Below, piece after piece: positions 63,893 through 64,000 of a stretch of DNA of 64,000 nt. The notes beneath the pieces are model-generated. The model saw only the letters and a program-made list of their open reading frames with translations, did no database searches and was not told the origin of the DNA. Both the position numbers and the translations under genes were made by a program. This DNA comes from Saccostrea echinata (Eukaryota): positions 21,018,001 to 21,082,000 of the forward strand of contig NW_026889758.1 in NCBI RefSeq assembly GCF_033153115.1, given 5' to 3'. How positions within the stretch are numbered: the first letter of the stretch is position 1; each line of letters starts with the position of its first letter.

Positions 63893-64000
63893 CTGTTGTA
63901 CCAGATGTATATATGTAACAAACAGGACTGCGTAAGGTGGTTCCCTCCCGGCGTGCCTTAGAAAGAGGCACAGGAAGAGTCCGAAGAAGAACGTCGTCCA
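63893..64000 (-). CDS. FATP exon (runs off window): ...SPVCYIYTSGTT
   Basis: First half of the AMP-binding motif; G|gtgtgt donor. Confidence 0.9.

Larger units (their letters stand above)
55426..64000 (-). other. Gene model (5'-partial): SLC27A/FATP family very-long-chain acyl-CoA synthetase
   Basis: Eight in-phase exons carry YIYTSGTTGLPK (AMP-binding), [23 protein letters not shown] and [18 protein letters not shown] (FATP signature). The protein ends in SKL*. Confidence 0.95.

Overview
AT-rich, intron-containing animal genomic DNA. The repeat families look like those of a bivalve, probably an oyster; this is an inference, not a database result. There are two assembly gaps. I could assemble two spliced genes by hand, both on the minus strand. 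(1) A complete 6-exon, 295-aa cell-surface protein (13506-32653) with a signal peptide, two Ig domains and a GPI-type hydrophobic tail, resembling Dpr/zig-8; it includes a 24-nt microexon. (2) The 3' eight coding exons of an SLC27A/FATP very-long-chain acyl-CoA synthetase ending in the PTS1 signal SKL (55426 to the window edge). The rest is intergenic or intronic and dense in dead mobile DNA: an RTE LINE nested in a Penelope-like (Naiad-type) RT remnant, six 3' ends of that Penelope-like family, tRNA-derived SINEs, several satellite-carrying Helentron/HINE-like elements, MITEs/foldbacks, a mariner remnant and a long palindromic element. Most short ORFs in the track are spurious. The best leads are a conserved three-way-junction RNA fold at the Penelope-like 3' ends, recurrent TA->TACATGTA insertion scars, a SINE head resembling unspliced pre-tRNA-Tyr with a CTA (amber) anticodon, and a probable neural microexon. 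No new biological system can be confirmed from sequence alone.
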